Below, in pieces: positions 38,851-48,721 of a stretch of DNA of 64,000 nucleotides. Position numbers and translations under genes: made by a program. The notes under the pieces were generated by a model, which ran no database searches, was not told where the DNA came from, and saw only the letters and a program-made list of their open reading frames with translations. Numbering within the stretch: position 1 is the stretch's first letter; the number at the start of each line of letters is the position of its first letter. Source of the stretch: an uncultured Gammaproteobacteria bacterium (GTDB taxonomy: Bacteria; Patescibacteriota; Microgenomatia; UBA12405); assembly GCA_964503465.1 (NCBI GenBank), contig CAZCYZ010000001.1, positions 298,306 through 362,305 of the forward strand, in the 5' to 3' direction.

Positions 38851-39792
38851 ATGAGTACGAGCAAGAGACCCTTAATTTCCGCCGTTATCAATACTTTCAA
38901 CGAAGCTGAGTATCTTCCCCGATGTCTCAAATCACTTCAAAATTTTGCCGAAGAGATCATCGTCGTTGACATGCATTCTACCGATGGTAGTCCAGATATT
39001 GCTTCCGGTTTTGGAGCCAAGGTATTCCCATATCGGTGGTCAGCTGTTGTTGAACCAGCCCGTAATTTTGCCCTTTCTAAAGCCACCGGAAAATGGATTA
39101 TTCTTCTTGACCCCGATGAGTATTTGGGTAAAACCTTAAAAAAAGAACTACTTAATATCACCAAGCGCAATGATATTGACTTTGCCAAAATTCCCCGCAA
39201 AAACATTATTTTTGGTAAATGGATAAAACATTCTAATTTTTGGCCAGATTATTTAGTTCGCTTTTTCAAAAAAGGTGCAGTCATTTGGAATAAAGAAATT
39301 CATAGCCAACCAACCACTAAGGGAACTGGTCTAACTGTCTTAGATTCAGAAAAACTAGCCATTCGCCATCTCAACTATCTCAACACGACCCATTTTATTC
39401 TCCGAGCTCTTCGTTACAGCGATGTTCAAGCCAACGAGCTCAAACTTTCCGGCTACAAAACTAAAATCAGTGATTTTATTCTCAAGCCCATCCAAGAGTT
39501 TAACAGCCGGTTTTTTGCCTCTGAAGGGTATAAGGATGGTATCCACGGGTTAGTTCTGGCTTTACTCCAAAGCTTCAGTATCGCCCTTATATACATTCGT
39601 CTTTGGGAAAAACAGGGTGTCGAGGACAAAACTCTTTCCAAAGAGTCTTTTGTTTCCGCCAGTCTTGAGGCTAACTACGAATTCAACCACTGGTTCACTA
39701 ATTACTTTATAGGGGAGTATACCCACAACCCTTTCAAGAGGTTGTTTATCAAGATAAGGCAACTTTTTTTACGTCTAACAAAAAACCTCTAA
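38851..39792 (+). CDS. GT2 glycosyltransferase
   Basis: ISAVINTFNEAEYLPRCLKSL...IIVVDMHSTDGS and LLDPDE. Confidence 0.7.
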   Translation: MSTSKRPLISAVINTFNEAEYLPRCLKSLQNFAEEIIVVDMHSTDGSPDIASGFGAKVFPYRWSAVVEPARNFALSKATGKWIILLDPDEYLGKTLKKELLNITKRNDIDFAKIPRKNIIFGKWIKHSNFWPDYLVRFFKKGAVIWNKEIHSQPTTKGTGLTVLDSEKLAIRHLNYLNTTHFILRALRYSDVQANELKLSGYKTKISDFILKPIQEFNSRFFASEGYKDGIHGLVLALLQSFSIALIYIRLWEKQGVEDKTLSKESFVSASLEANYEFNHWFTNYFIGEYTHNPFKRLFIKIRQLFLRLTKNL

Positions 39793-40721
39793 TGTTACCC
39801 AAAGTCGCCATTATCATCCTTAATTGGCAACAACCGAAACTTACTATTGATACCGTTAATTCACTCCTAAAAATTACCCATCCTAGATTTGATTACCACA
39901 TTTTTCTGGTTGATAATGGTTCCGCTGATAATTCACTTTGGCAATTTCAACAAGCTTTTCGCCATCACCCCAAAATAAGTCTTCTTCAAACCTCCCGAAA
40001 TCTTATGTTTGTTGCCGGTAACAACTTCGCTATCGGGAAAATACCTGCCCGCATTTTTAAATACACCCTTCTTCTTAATAATGACATCATTGTTGACCCA
40101 GATTTTTTAACTACTTTGGTTAATTATTTGGAAAGCCATTCCCGTTTTGGGGCCGTTGGTCCAAAAATTTTCTTTGCTCCTGGTTATGAATTCCAATCAA
40201 ACTATTCCAAAAAACAAATTGGTCGGGTTATTTGGTCTGTTGGTGGTCAAGTAGACTGGAGTAATGTTTATGCCAGCAACTCGTTTATTAATAAAGTGGA
40301 CACCGGTCAGTTTGAGTCAATCATTATCGATCCCGACTATATTAGCGGTTGTTGTTTACTAACCCAAACTAAATTGTTAAAAAAATATTACCTTGACACT
40401 AATTACTGGATGTATCTTGAAGACGTCGACTTTTGTCAAAAAATCAAAAAGGGTGGTTTTCACTTAGCAGTCATTCCGCAGGCCAAAATCTGGCATCTCA
40501 ACTCGGGGTCTACTCGGGCTGGTGGTGGACCACTTCACGACTATTTTCTTAGCCGTAATCGACTCATTTTTGGCTTTAAGTATTCATCTTTAAAAACTAA
40601 ATTCGCTCTAATTCGTCAGTCATTTAGCCAGCTTTTTTCTACCTCAACCAAATGGCAAAAATTAGGAATTTTAGACTTTTACCTCCATCGTTGGGGGCAA
40701 GGGAGCTGGCCCAATGCCTAA
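39792..40721 (+). CDS. GT2 glycosyltransferase
   Basis: VAIIILNWQQPKLTIDTVNSL...FLVDNGSADNS and LLNNDIIV. Confidence 0.7.
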   Translation: MLPKVAIIILNWQQPKLTIDTVNSLLKITHPRFDYHIFLVDNGSADNSLWQFQQAFRHHPKISLLQTSRNLMFVAGNNFAIGKIPARIFKYTLLLNNDIIVDPDFLTTLVNYLESHSRFGAVGPKIFFAPGYEFQSNYSKKQIGRVIWSVGGQVDWSNVYASNSFINKVDTGQFESIIIDPDYISGCCLLTQTKLLKKYYLDTNYWMYLEDVDFCQKIKKGGFHLAVIPQAKIWHLNSGSTRAGGGPLHDYFLSRNRLIFGFKYSSLKTKFALIRQSFSQLFSTSTKWQKLGILDFYLHRWGQGSWPNA

Positions 40722-41481
40722 TAATCTTTCAATAATCATTAACTCCGGCAACGAACAGCAAGTAATTGGAGATTGTTTACGGTCTGCTCTATTTGCTGAT
40801 GAAATAATTTTTGTTGCCGCCAATTCTACGGACAATACCATCAGAATAGTCAAAGACATTGCTCCACAAGCTAAAATATTCACAGTTTTCGATTCATACG
40901 GTAAAAATTTTGCCAAATGGCACAATATTGGCCTTCGACAAGCCACCAAAAACTGGGTCTTCCACCTCGATGCCGATGAAAGAATCACTCCCAAGCTCAA
41001 AACCGAAATCATAGCCACTATCAATCACCCGTGTCACACTTACTATGCCATCCCCCGAGCCAATTACTTTTTGGGCAAGAGAGTATTGTACGGTGGTACT
41101 TATCCCGACTATGTTAAACGTCTATTCCTCCGCTCAAAACTTAAAAAATGGTCAGGCAAAATTCACGAAGAACCACAGATCGATGGAGAAATTGGTTATT
41201 TACAACATAGTCTTATCCATTTAACTCACCGTGACTTAGCATCTATGCTCCAAAAAAGTATTCTTTGGACCGATGTTGAAGCCCAAGCTCTTCATCAAGA
41301 CAGACACCCTCCTGTTGTTTGGTGGAGAATATTAAGAATGATGTTCACTAAACTCTGGCATCGGCTATTGATTCAGTCTATGTGGCGTGATGGGGTTATC
41401 GGTTGGGTGTCAGTCATTTTTGAAACCTTTGATACTTACATGATTTATTCTCGTCTATGGGAAATTCAACATCTCCGCTAA
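40714..41481 (+). CDS. GT2-like glycosyltransferase
   Basis: LSIIINSGNEQQVIGDCLRS...FVAANSTDNT and HLDADE. Confidence 0.6.
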   Translation: MPNNLSIIINSGNEQQVIGDCLRSALFADEIIFVAANSTDNTIRIVKDIAPQAKIFTVFDSYGKNFAKWHNIGLRQATKNWVFHLDADERITPKLKTEIIATINHPCHTYYAIPRANYFLGKRVLYGGTYPDYVKRLFLRSKLKKWSGKIHEEPQIDGEIGYLQHSLIHLTHRDLASMLQKSILWTDVEAQALHQDRHPPVVWWRILRMMFTKLWHRLLIQSMWRDGVIGWVSVIFETFDTYMIYSRLWEIQHLR

Positions 41482-42638
41482 AAGCCGCTATCTATGACCC
41501 TTATCTCGATTCTCTCGGTGGTGGTGAAAGGTATTGTCTTACTTTTGCCGAAATTCTTCTCCACCAACACTATCAAGTCGATCTCCTCTGGTCGGGAAGT
41601 CCAGAAATCATTGATCAAGCCCAGCATTTTTTCTCTCTCGACCTAAAAGGCCTTAACCAAATCCCAAGTATTTTCAGTGATCGTCCCAAAACATTAGGCC
41701 CAATTCAAACTTTATCTGACACCCTCAAACTTACCAACCACGCTACTCGAGTCCACCATCTTTTACGCCGCTTTCTTCATCTTCATCAATATGATCTTTT
41801 AATTTATTTAGGAGATGGCAGTATTCCTTTTCTTTTTGCCAAAAAAAACATTCTGCACATTCAGGTTCCTTTACAAATAAAATTATCTTTTCCTCAAAAG
41901 TTTCAAAATCTAATAAAACTTCTCTTTATTAACCAGGTCTTGTTTAACTCAAACTTTACTACCCAGCATACTTCTTACATCCCCAAATCAAAGTCAACTA
42001 TCTTGTATCCTCCAGTCGACGTCAACAAGTTTTACTCCAGTTCCCGAAAGGACAATATCATTCTTTCGGTCGGTAGATTTGATGATATTCTCAACATAAA
42101 ACGACAAGATATTTTGATTGAAGCTTTTAAAACTTTTTACCAACAGCGTCGATATTCGGATTGGAAACTTATTTTAGCCGGAGGTACTATTCAAGATCCA
42201 CAATTCAATCATTACTTGTCCTCGTTGCAACAACAAGCTAAAGGTTATCCAGTTGAATTTCTCGTGAAACCCAACTTCGATACTCTTCGCCAAACTTACT
42301 CCAGAGCCAAGATATATTGGCATGCAGCCGGTTATGCAGTTGATCAAAACATCCATCCGGAAATGACCGAGCACTTTGGTATCACCTTAGTCGAAGCCAT
42401 GGCTTCTGGTGTCGTTCCAATTGCCGTCAATCGCGGCGGACTTCCGGAAATCATCGAAAACAATATCGAAGGTTTCCTTTGGGATCATCCCGACTCCCTT
42501 ATTGTTCACACTCAAAAACTCGCTGACTCTCCTCAGTTGCTCCAAACAATGTCTCAAAAGGCCATTAAAAAGTCACAGTTGTTTTCCAAGGCAAATTTTG
42601 AAGCCAACTTTATTAAACTTCTTCATCCATCATCATGA
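41457..42638 (+). CDS. GT4 (GT-B) glycosyltransferase
   Basis: C-terminal EHFGITLVEAMASGVVPIAVNRGGLPEII. The true start is possibly downstream. Confidence 0.7.
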   Translation: MGNSTSPLKAAIYDPYLDSLGGGERYCLTFAEILLHQHYQVDLLWSGSPEIIDQAQHFFSLDLKGLNQIPSIFSDRPKTLGPIQTLSDTLKLTNHATRVHHLLRRFLHLHQYDLLIYLGDGSIPFLFAKKNILHIQVPLQIKLSFPQKFQNLIKLLFINQVLFNSNFTTQHTSYIPKSKSTILYPPVDVNKFYSSSRKDNIILSVGRFDDILNIKRQDILIEAFKTFYQQRRYSDWKLILAGGTIQDPQFNHYLSSLQQQAKGYPVEFLVKPNFDTLRQTYSRAKIYWHAAGYAVDQNIHPEMTEHFGITLVEAMASGVVPIAVNRGGLPEIIENNIEGFLWDHPDSLIVHTQKLADSPQLLQTMSQKAIKKSQLFSKANFEANFIKLLHPSS

Positions 42639-43519
42639 AGCAAAAAATTTCCGTCATTATTACCAACTGGAATGGTTGTAAATTGCTTCAAAAACACTTA
42701 ACATCCGTTTTGCACAACTCCCCCGAAGCTTGCGAATTTATCATTGCCGATGATGCCTCTACTGACGACAGCCTTCAATATGTTTCTCAACTTCAAAAGA
42801 AATACTCCCGTATAAAAATAATCAAACAGCCAGCTAACACCGGTTTTATCTACAACAGTAATAATGCTGTTGGTCAAAGTCGAGGTGATTTGGTTGTACT
42901 GCTTAACAATGATATCAATGTGTTTCCCGGATACATCAAACACTCCCTTCATCACTTTACTAACTCCAAACTATTTGGGGTCGGTTTCTCCGAAATCAAT
43001 CATCCTAACTGGCCAAAAATTTTTTGGCAAGATGGTTATCTTCAATATTCCCCAGTCGTTAATTACCCCAAGGCCCACATTACCGGTTGGCTCTCTGGCG
43101 GCAGTTCGATCATCAGAAAATCCATTTACAAACAACTCGGAGGTTTTGATGGCATTTATGCCCCATTCTATTGTGAAGACCTAGACTTGGGATTTCGTGC
43201 CTGGAAATCTGGTTTTATTTCTATCTGGGAACCAAAATCTCAAGTCAACCATTGCCACGAAAGCACCACTTCTCGATTTCCTAAACGCTTCCTTGATTAT
43301 GTTAAAGAACGGAACCGTCTTTTGACAGTTTGGCGAAATATTTCCGATCCCAAGCTACTTTCTTCAAATAAATTAGCCTTAATTACTCGGATAATACTTG
43401 GACCCAACTACATCAAAATCATTTTAGCTGCTCGTAAATGTATTACAAACCACCCCCCACCTATTACTCTTTCGGTACTAAAGGACATCGAAGTTTTCAA
43501 CCTTTTTAAAAATGAATAA
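42635..43519 (+). CDS. GT2 glycosyltransferase
   Basis: ISVIITNWNGCKLLQKHL...IIADDASTDDS and LLNNDINV. Confidence 0.7.
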   Translation: MKQKISVIITNWNGCKLLQKHLTSVLHNSPEACEFIIADDASTDDSLQYVSQLQKKYSRIKIIKQPANTGFIYNSNNAVGQSRGDLVVLLNNDINVFPGYIKHSLHHFTNSKLFGVGFSEINHPNWPKIFWQDGYLQYSPVVNYPKAHITGWLSGGSSIIRKSIYKQLGGFDGIYAPFYCEDLDLGFRAWKSGFISIWEPKSQVNHCHESTTSRFPKRFLDYVKERNRLLTVWRNISDPKLLSSNKLALITRIILGPNYIKIILAARKCITNHPPPITLSVLKDIEVFNLFKNE

Positions 43520-44336
43520 CACTTTAAGTATTATTATTCCCAGCTGGAATACTGCCGATATTACCTGTCGTTGTCTCAAAAGTATCCATCGTCACTTAAA
43601 ATTTATTGGACCAGAGATAATCGTTGTCGACAACGGTTCCACCGATGATTCCGTACTAAAAATTAAGAAATTAAAAAGTTCATTGAAAGTTAAGAAGTTA
43701 AAACTAATTCTTAATTCCAAGAACTTGGGTTTTTCAAAAGCTAACAATATTGGTGCCAAGCACGCTACCGGCAACTTCCTCTTCTTTCTTAATTCTGACA
43801 TGGAAATTGTCGATCATAGCCTGACTAAAATGATCGATTTTCTGGTCACTCAAAAAAATGTAGGCGTTATTGGCCCCAAATTTTTGAATCCCGATCACTC
43901 ACCTCAACCATCAGTATTTCCACCTCAAACTCCACTTAATGCTTTCCGCGAGTTTTGGCTTCACCAAGCCAACAAATATTCAAAATTTCTCCCCGTCACC
44001 ACCAAGCCTTCTTCTTCTTGGGCAATTTCCGGCGGTGCTCTACTAATTCAGACTACTGTCTTCAATCAAATTGGTGGTTGGGATGAACGTTATTTTTTTT
44101 ACTATGAAGATCTTGAATTATGCCGTCAAATCAGAAATCTAGGCCTAGATATTGTTTTTTTTCCTCAAACCACCGTTATTCATCGTCATGGTTTTAGTGG
44201 CCGACATCTATCTTCAACCAGCAATCAATGGCGCCGTCTTATCCCCAGTAGTGTTAAGTATCACGGTGCCTTAACCCACTATCTCATTAATTTCATTATT
44301 TGGTCGTCACAAAAATGTCATTTCGTTTCATTTTGA
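43512..44336 (+). CDS. GT2 glycosyltransferase
   Basis: LSIIIPSWNTADITCRCLKSI...IIVVDNGSTDDS and FLNSDMEI. Confidence 0.7.
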   Translation: MNNTLSIIIPSWNTADITCRCLKSIHRHLKFIGPEIIVVDNGSTDDSVLKIKKLKSSLKVKKLKLILNSKNLGFSKANNIGAKHATGNFLFFLNSDMEIVDHSLTKMIDFLVTQKNVGVIGPKFLNPDHSPQPSVFPPQTPLNAFREFWLHQANKYSKFLPVTTKPSSSWAISGGALLIQTTVFNQIGGWDERYFFYYEDLELCRQIRNLGLDIVFFPQTTVIHRHGFSGRHLSSTSNQWRRLIPSSVKYHGALTHYLINFIIWSSQKCHFVSF

Positions 44337-45556
44337 TTTTGGGTTTTTGTGTTCGACTCATGCTGCTATTAATCTCGGCCTCTCATCCGGATGTCGGTAA
44401 TCATCTCGACTGGGGAAATAAATTTTGGCAATACGGCCCAAATACTTTCTATCAGCAATCGATTTGGAAGGTCTCCTGGCCAAATCAACCAATTGGTAGT
44501 ATCTACCTTTTTGCGGCTCTCTCCTGGATCAATCAAAAAACCTTTTCCTTTTTTTGGTATCTCAACACTCAATACCCTATTTTTCCATCAAAGCTAATTC
44601 CCATCCTTGAGGCCAATCTTCATGTTTGGTTAGTCAAAATCCCGTTTCTAGCTGCCGATATCCTGTTGGCCTATTTAATATATCTTGCCACCAACAAACG
44701 AAAAATATTTTCAGTGTTGTTTCTATTCAACCCGGCAGTAATCTATAACTCAACTGTTTGGGGTCAAACAGATTCTCTTATTAATTTACTTTCTTTGGCC
44801 GGAATTTTTTTAGTCTATCATCGCCAATTTTTGGGAGGCACGTTTCTTTTCTTAGGATCTCTACTTTTTAAAATGTCACTTCTAATTTATTTACCTGTTT
44901 TTATTTGGCTCCTTTTTCTCTACCGTCGTGATTGGCTCAAATGGTCTATAGCCATACTCCTATTTTTGGCCCTAACTATAGTTTTAGCGATTCCATTTTC
45001 AATCAATCAAAACCCACTCACCTGGCTATCCCATCTATATCGCGACCTAGTTTTTAATCGTCAAGGACACATGCTCAATGGTAATGCTTTTAATCTCTGG
45101 TTAATTGTTTTTGGTGTTAGTTTAAGTCGACTCGACAATTATCCCATCTTTGGTTTTCCAACCTCATTAATTGCCTTCATCATATTTGGGCTAAGTTTCT
45201 TGCCTCTGGCTTCCAAATATGTTCGCCAAGAATCCTCGCTCAAAAACATCTGGAATTTTCTTTTTTTAACATCTTTTGCCAGTTTTCTCTTTCTGACCAA
45301 TATGCATGAACGTTATTTTTATCCCATCATGCCTCTTTTACCAATACTTCTTTATTATCGTCTAATCAACTTTCAGCTTTTTATATTCCTCAGCCTTACC
45401 CATCTCCTTAATCTTTATAATCTTTGGTTTTATCCTCTCATTCCCTGGATCAAATTAACTCTAGAATCCTTTAATTATCTTCTCCCGCGCCTATTATCTT
45501 CGCTCCTTATCATCATTTACCTTAAATTTTGGATAAAATATATACAAAGTGAATAG
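44315..45556 (+). CDS. polytopic membrane protein, GT-C-like (DUF2029/GT87-like)
   Basis: About 413 aa and multi-TM. HPDVGNHLDWGNKFWQ sits in loop 1. Confidence 0.4.
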   Translation: MSFRFILILGFCVRLMLLLISASHPDVGNHLDWGNKFWQYGPNTFYQQSIWKVSWPNQPIGSIYLFAALSWINQKTFSFFWYLNTQYPIFPSKLIPILEANLHVWLVKIPFLAADILLAYLIYLATNKRKIFSVLFLFNPAVIYNSTVWGQTDSLINLLSLAGIFLVYHRQFLGGTFLFLGSLLFKMSLLIYLPVFIWLLFLYRRDWLKWSIAILLFLALTIVLAIPFSINQNPLTWLSHLYRDLVFNRQGHMLNGNAFNLWLIVFGVSLSRLDNYPIFGFPTSLIAFIIFGLSFLPLASKYVRQESSLKNIWNFLFLTSFASFLFLTNMHERYFYPIMPLLPILLYYRLINFQLFIFLSLTHLLNLYNLWFYPLIPWIKLTLESFNYLLPRLLSSLLIIIYLKFWIKYIQSE

Positions 45557-47147
45557 GTGGTTGTTACTAGTCTTATTAGTAGCTTTTTTCGTTAGAGTCT
45601 ATCGACTAGACACCTTGACCCTTTTTGGTGACGAAATTGATGTTGGCAACCAAGCCTATTCACTCCTGACTACCGCCAAAGACTATCGAGGTAACCTTCT
45701 ACCTAGTTATCTTCAGTCGTTTACTGAGTCACGCGCTCCTTTGTTAATCTATTTAACCGTTCCCTCAGTCGCCATTTTTGGCCGCAATGAATATGGGGTC
45801 AGATTACCAGCTGTAGTTTTTGGTCTCGCTTCCATTTTAGGTTTCTATCTTCTTTCATATCGTCTCACTAAATCAAACAAGATCTCTCTTTTGGCCAGTC
45901 TTCTTCTTTCAGTCACCCCTTGGCATTTTCATTACAGCCGCGCTGCCTTTGAGGTCACCCTACTTTTGTCTTTACTTATTTTTGCCACTTGGTTTTATCT
46001 TCAGTCAAAGCCAATTACCTCTCTGGTTCTTTTTGCTCTTTCTTTTTATACCTACAACACCGCCAACGTTTTTACTCCACTGCTTCTCCTGTTTCTCTGT
46101 CTAACCCACCATCTTCCTTTCAAAAAAGTTTTTCCCGGTCTAATCTTATCCCTGATTGTGGTTCTGCCATTACTCTTTCAAATCATTCTTGGTCAAGCCG
46201 GTAATCGCTTCAGTCTCATTAGCGTCTTTAATAGTTCCCAAATCATTAACCAGATTGTTGATCAACGAATCTCCGTCTCTTCCGGCCCCCCATCTTTTTT
46301 TGAAAGAATCTTTCACAACAAACTAATTGCCTATCCAGTCACCATCACCACCAATTACCTTACCAGTTTTTCTCCCCAATTTATTTTTTTTAACGGTGAC
46401 CCCAACCCACGCCACCAAGTTCCCAACTTTGGTCCGTTACTTTTGATCTTCGCTCCCTTACTGATTATCGGACTGTTAAAATATCATCAAAAGTATCCCC
46501 TATTTCTTTTTTGGTTGTTGATTTCTCCTATTGCCTCATCGCTAACCGTTGATGGTGGTCAACATGCCACCAGACTTTTCACTATGCTTCCTCCACTAAT
46601 ATTTTTTACCACCATCGGCCTTCAGTCTTTAAACTTTAAAACTCTGGCCTTACTCACCCCACTCATTTTTATGAATTTCACTCTCTATCTTCATCAATAT
46701 TTTGTTCACCTTCCCAAAATTAATTTTTCCAGTTGGAATTATGGTCAAAAGTATCTTTATTCCACCCCCATTCCTCCATCATCACCAGTGTATGTCAGTA
46801 ATACCAATTTCGATTCGCTCAATTCTTATATTTTTTATCAACATCAAAATTCCCAACTTACTCAAGACCCTTCGTTTAGCGACGTGGAACAAGCCAATGT
46901 CATTGACAACCTTCCCGGATTTAAACTTAACCCCAATACTTATTTTATTAACAATTGGCAAACCCCCGACACTCTCAACCTCATTCAGCAAACGGCCAAA
47001 AAAGGCAATATATATTTCCTTCTTCAGCTTAAAGATATTCCCGGTGATTGGGACCTAACCAAAAGCCCACTTCCAGGTTTTGTCACTCTTAATACCGTCT
47101 ACTTACCCAATCACCAAATTTACGGTCAAGTTATTCAAAAACTGTGA
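45549..47147 (+). CDS. GT-C ArnT/PMT-like membrane glycosyltransferase, tandem paralogue 1
   Basis: GTG start overlapping the upstream stop. TLFGDEIDVGNQAYSLL carries the DE motif. About 11 TM helices and a C-terminal soluble domain. Confidence 0.6.
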   Translation: MNRWLLLVLLVAFFVRVYRLDTLTLFGDEIDVGNQAYSLLTTAKDYRGNLLPSYLQSFTESRAPLLIYLTVPSVAIFGRNEYGVRLPAVVFGLASILGFYLLSYRLTKSNKISLLASLLLSVTPWHFHYSRAAFEVTLLLSLLIFATWFYLQSKPITSLVLFALSFYTYNTANVFTPLLLLFLCLTHHLPFKKVFPGLILSLIVVLPLLFQIILGQAGNRFSLISVFNSSQIINQIVDQRISVSSGPPSFFERIFHNKLIAYPVTITTNYLTSFSPQFIFFNGDPNPRHQVPNFGPLLLIFAPLLIIGLLKYHQKYPLFLFWLLISPIASSLTVDGGQHATRLFTMLPPLIFFTTIGLQSLNFKTLALLTPLIFMNFTLYLHQYFVHLPKINFSSWNYGQKYLYSTPIPPSSPVYVSNTNFDSLNSYIFYQHQNSQLTQDPSFSDVEQANVIDNLPGFKLNPNTYFINNWQTPDTLNLIQQTAKKGNIYFLLQLKDIPGDWDLTKSPLPGFVTLNTVYLPNHQIYGQVIQKL

Positions 47148-48721
47148 AAATAAAAATTATTTTAGCCACATTAATTGTCCTTGGCACATTTTTGCGATTT
47201 TACCGTTTAGGTGATCTTCCTAATTCCTATACTCCCGACGAAATCGCTCAAGGGTACACCGCATATTCAATCATTAAAACCGGCCACGACGAGTGGGGTG
47301 ATCATAACTTTTTATCCCTCCGCTCTTTTGGGGATTTCAAGCCAAGTCTTCAAACCCTACTTATGATCCCTTTCGTCAAGGTTTTTGGTCTTACTCCATT
47401 TGCCATCCGTCTTCCTAATGCTGTTCTTTCTATCCTTTTAATCCCGCTTACATTTGTTTTGGCTCAAAAACTCCTTTTTAACTCTTCCGTTTCCATACTA
47501 GCTACTCTGCTAGTTACCCTCTCTCCCATTACACTTCCTTTGTCACGCCTTGCCCTTGAGGCTAATCTCTTGGTAATCATTAATCTGATTGCTGTTATCC
47601 TTTTTTTGACCAGTCACCGTTATTTCTCACTCTTATTTTTTAGTTTGAGTTTAATCACCTATCATTCAAGCAAAATACTATTTCCACTAATTTTTATCAC
47701 ACTAATTCTCTTCTACAAACGCAGTCGTCGCCTAGTTACTTTGGCTCTAATTTTTTACGTTACCGTCTCACTGCTAACATCTTTCAATCGTACCACTGAT
47801 ATCGCTATCTTTAATCCTACCGATTCTTGGTCATCAGTTTCTGAATCACGTTTCCAGGCTACCAAATCAGGCCTTCCTGACTCCATTAGTCGCATATTTA
47901 ATAATAAGGTCACTTATACATTTTTTCTTTTTGCACATAATTATCTTTCTTATTTTTCTCCTCAGTTCTTAGCCACCAGTGGTGCCGGCGAAACCACTTA
48001 TGGCATGATCCCAGGGCAGGGGATTTTAGGTATCATCCCTTTTTTGGGTCTTTGTTTAGCACTCGTTTTTCTTCTTAGAACTAAGAATAAATCACTCTTG
48101 TTTCTTTTTGTAATTGTTCTGATTACTCCCATTGCTGCCGCCTTGTCAAAAGGTAGTTATTCCGCCAATCGCCTAAGCTCCATCAGCCCCTACATTCAAA
48201 TACTCGCCGCCTACGGTCTTTTTCAATTATTTCAGCTTCGTCATCGCTGGCTCAGTCTACTTCTTGTGGCATTTCTTTCTTTTGAAATAGGAAATTTCCT
48301 GGTTACTTATTTCTTTCGGGCCAATCAGATCCTCGCCCCAGGCATGCTTTATGGCCATCGTCAAGCTCTCGAATACCTTCGTCAATATTCCAATTCAACT
48401 ATTATCTATTCTCGTCGCCTTTCTGAACCGCAAGCATATGTCAGTTTTTTTAACCAAGTTGACCCCTTTATTGTCCAACAGGCCTCAACCCAATGGCTTA
48501 ATTATCAAGGCAAAGGCCTTAAGTTTCTGGACCAACTAGGTGAATACCATCTTCAAAATTATCTTTTTAAAGAAATTAACTTTTCCTCCGATAGTCAAAT
48601 ACCCAACTCCATCCTGGTTGGTCGCCCAGAAGAGTTTCCCGGTGTCACCCCAAGTAAAATAATTTTCTATCCGGACTTCAATCATCTTAGCCCAGCCATT
48701 TATATCTATCACTCTCAATGA
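47144..48721 (+). CDS. GT-C ArnT/PMT-like membrane glycosyltransferase, tandem paralogue 2
   Basis: GTG start (GTGA overlap). YTPDEIAQGYTAYSIIKTGHDEWG...RSFGDFKP. Confidence 0.65.
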   Translation: MKIKIILATLIVLGTFLRFYRLGDLPNSYTPDEIAQGYTAYSIIKTGHDEWGDHNFLSLRSFGDFKPSLQTLLMIPFVKVFGLTPFAIRLPNAVLSILLIPLTFVLAQKLLFNSSVSILATLLVTLSPITLPLSRLALEANLLVIINLIAVILFLTSHRYFSLLFFSLSLITYHSSKILFPLIFITLILFYKRSRRLVTLALIFYVTVSLLTSFNRTTDIAIFNPTDSWSSVSESRFQATKSGLPDSISRIFNNKVTYTFFLFAHNYLSYFSPQFLATSGAGETTYGMIPGQGILGIIPFLGLCLALVFLLRTKNKSLLFLFVIVLITPIAAALSKGSYSANRLSSISPYIQILAAYGLFQLFQLRHRWLSLLLVAFLSFEIGNFLVTYFFRANQILAPGMLYGHRQALEYLRQYSNSTIIYSRRLSEPQAYVSFFNQVDPFIVQQASTQWLNYQGKGLKFLDQLGEYHLQNYLFKEINFSSDSQIPNSILVGRPEEFPGVTPSKIIFYPDFNHLSPAIYIYHSQ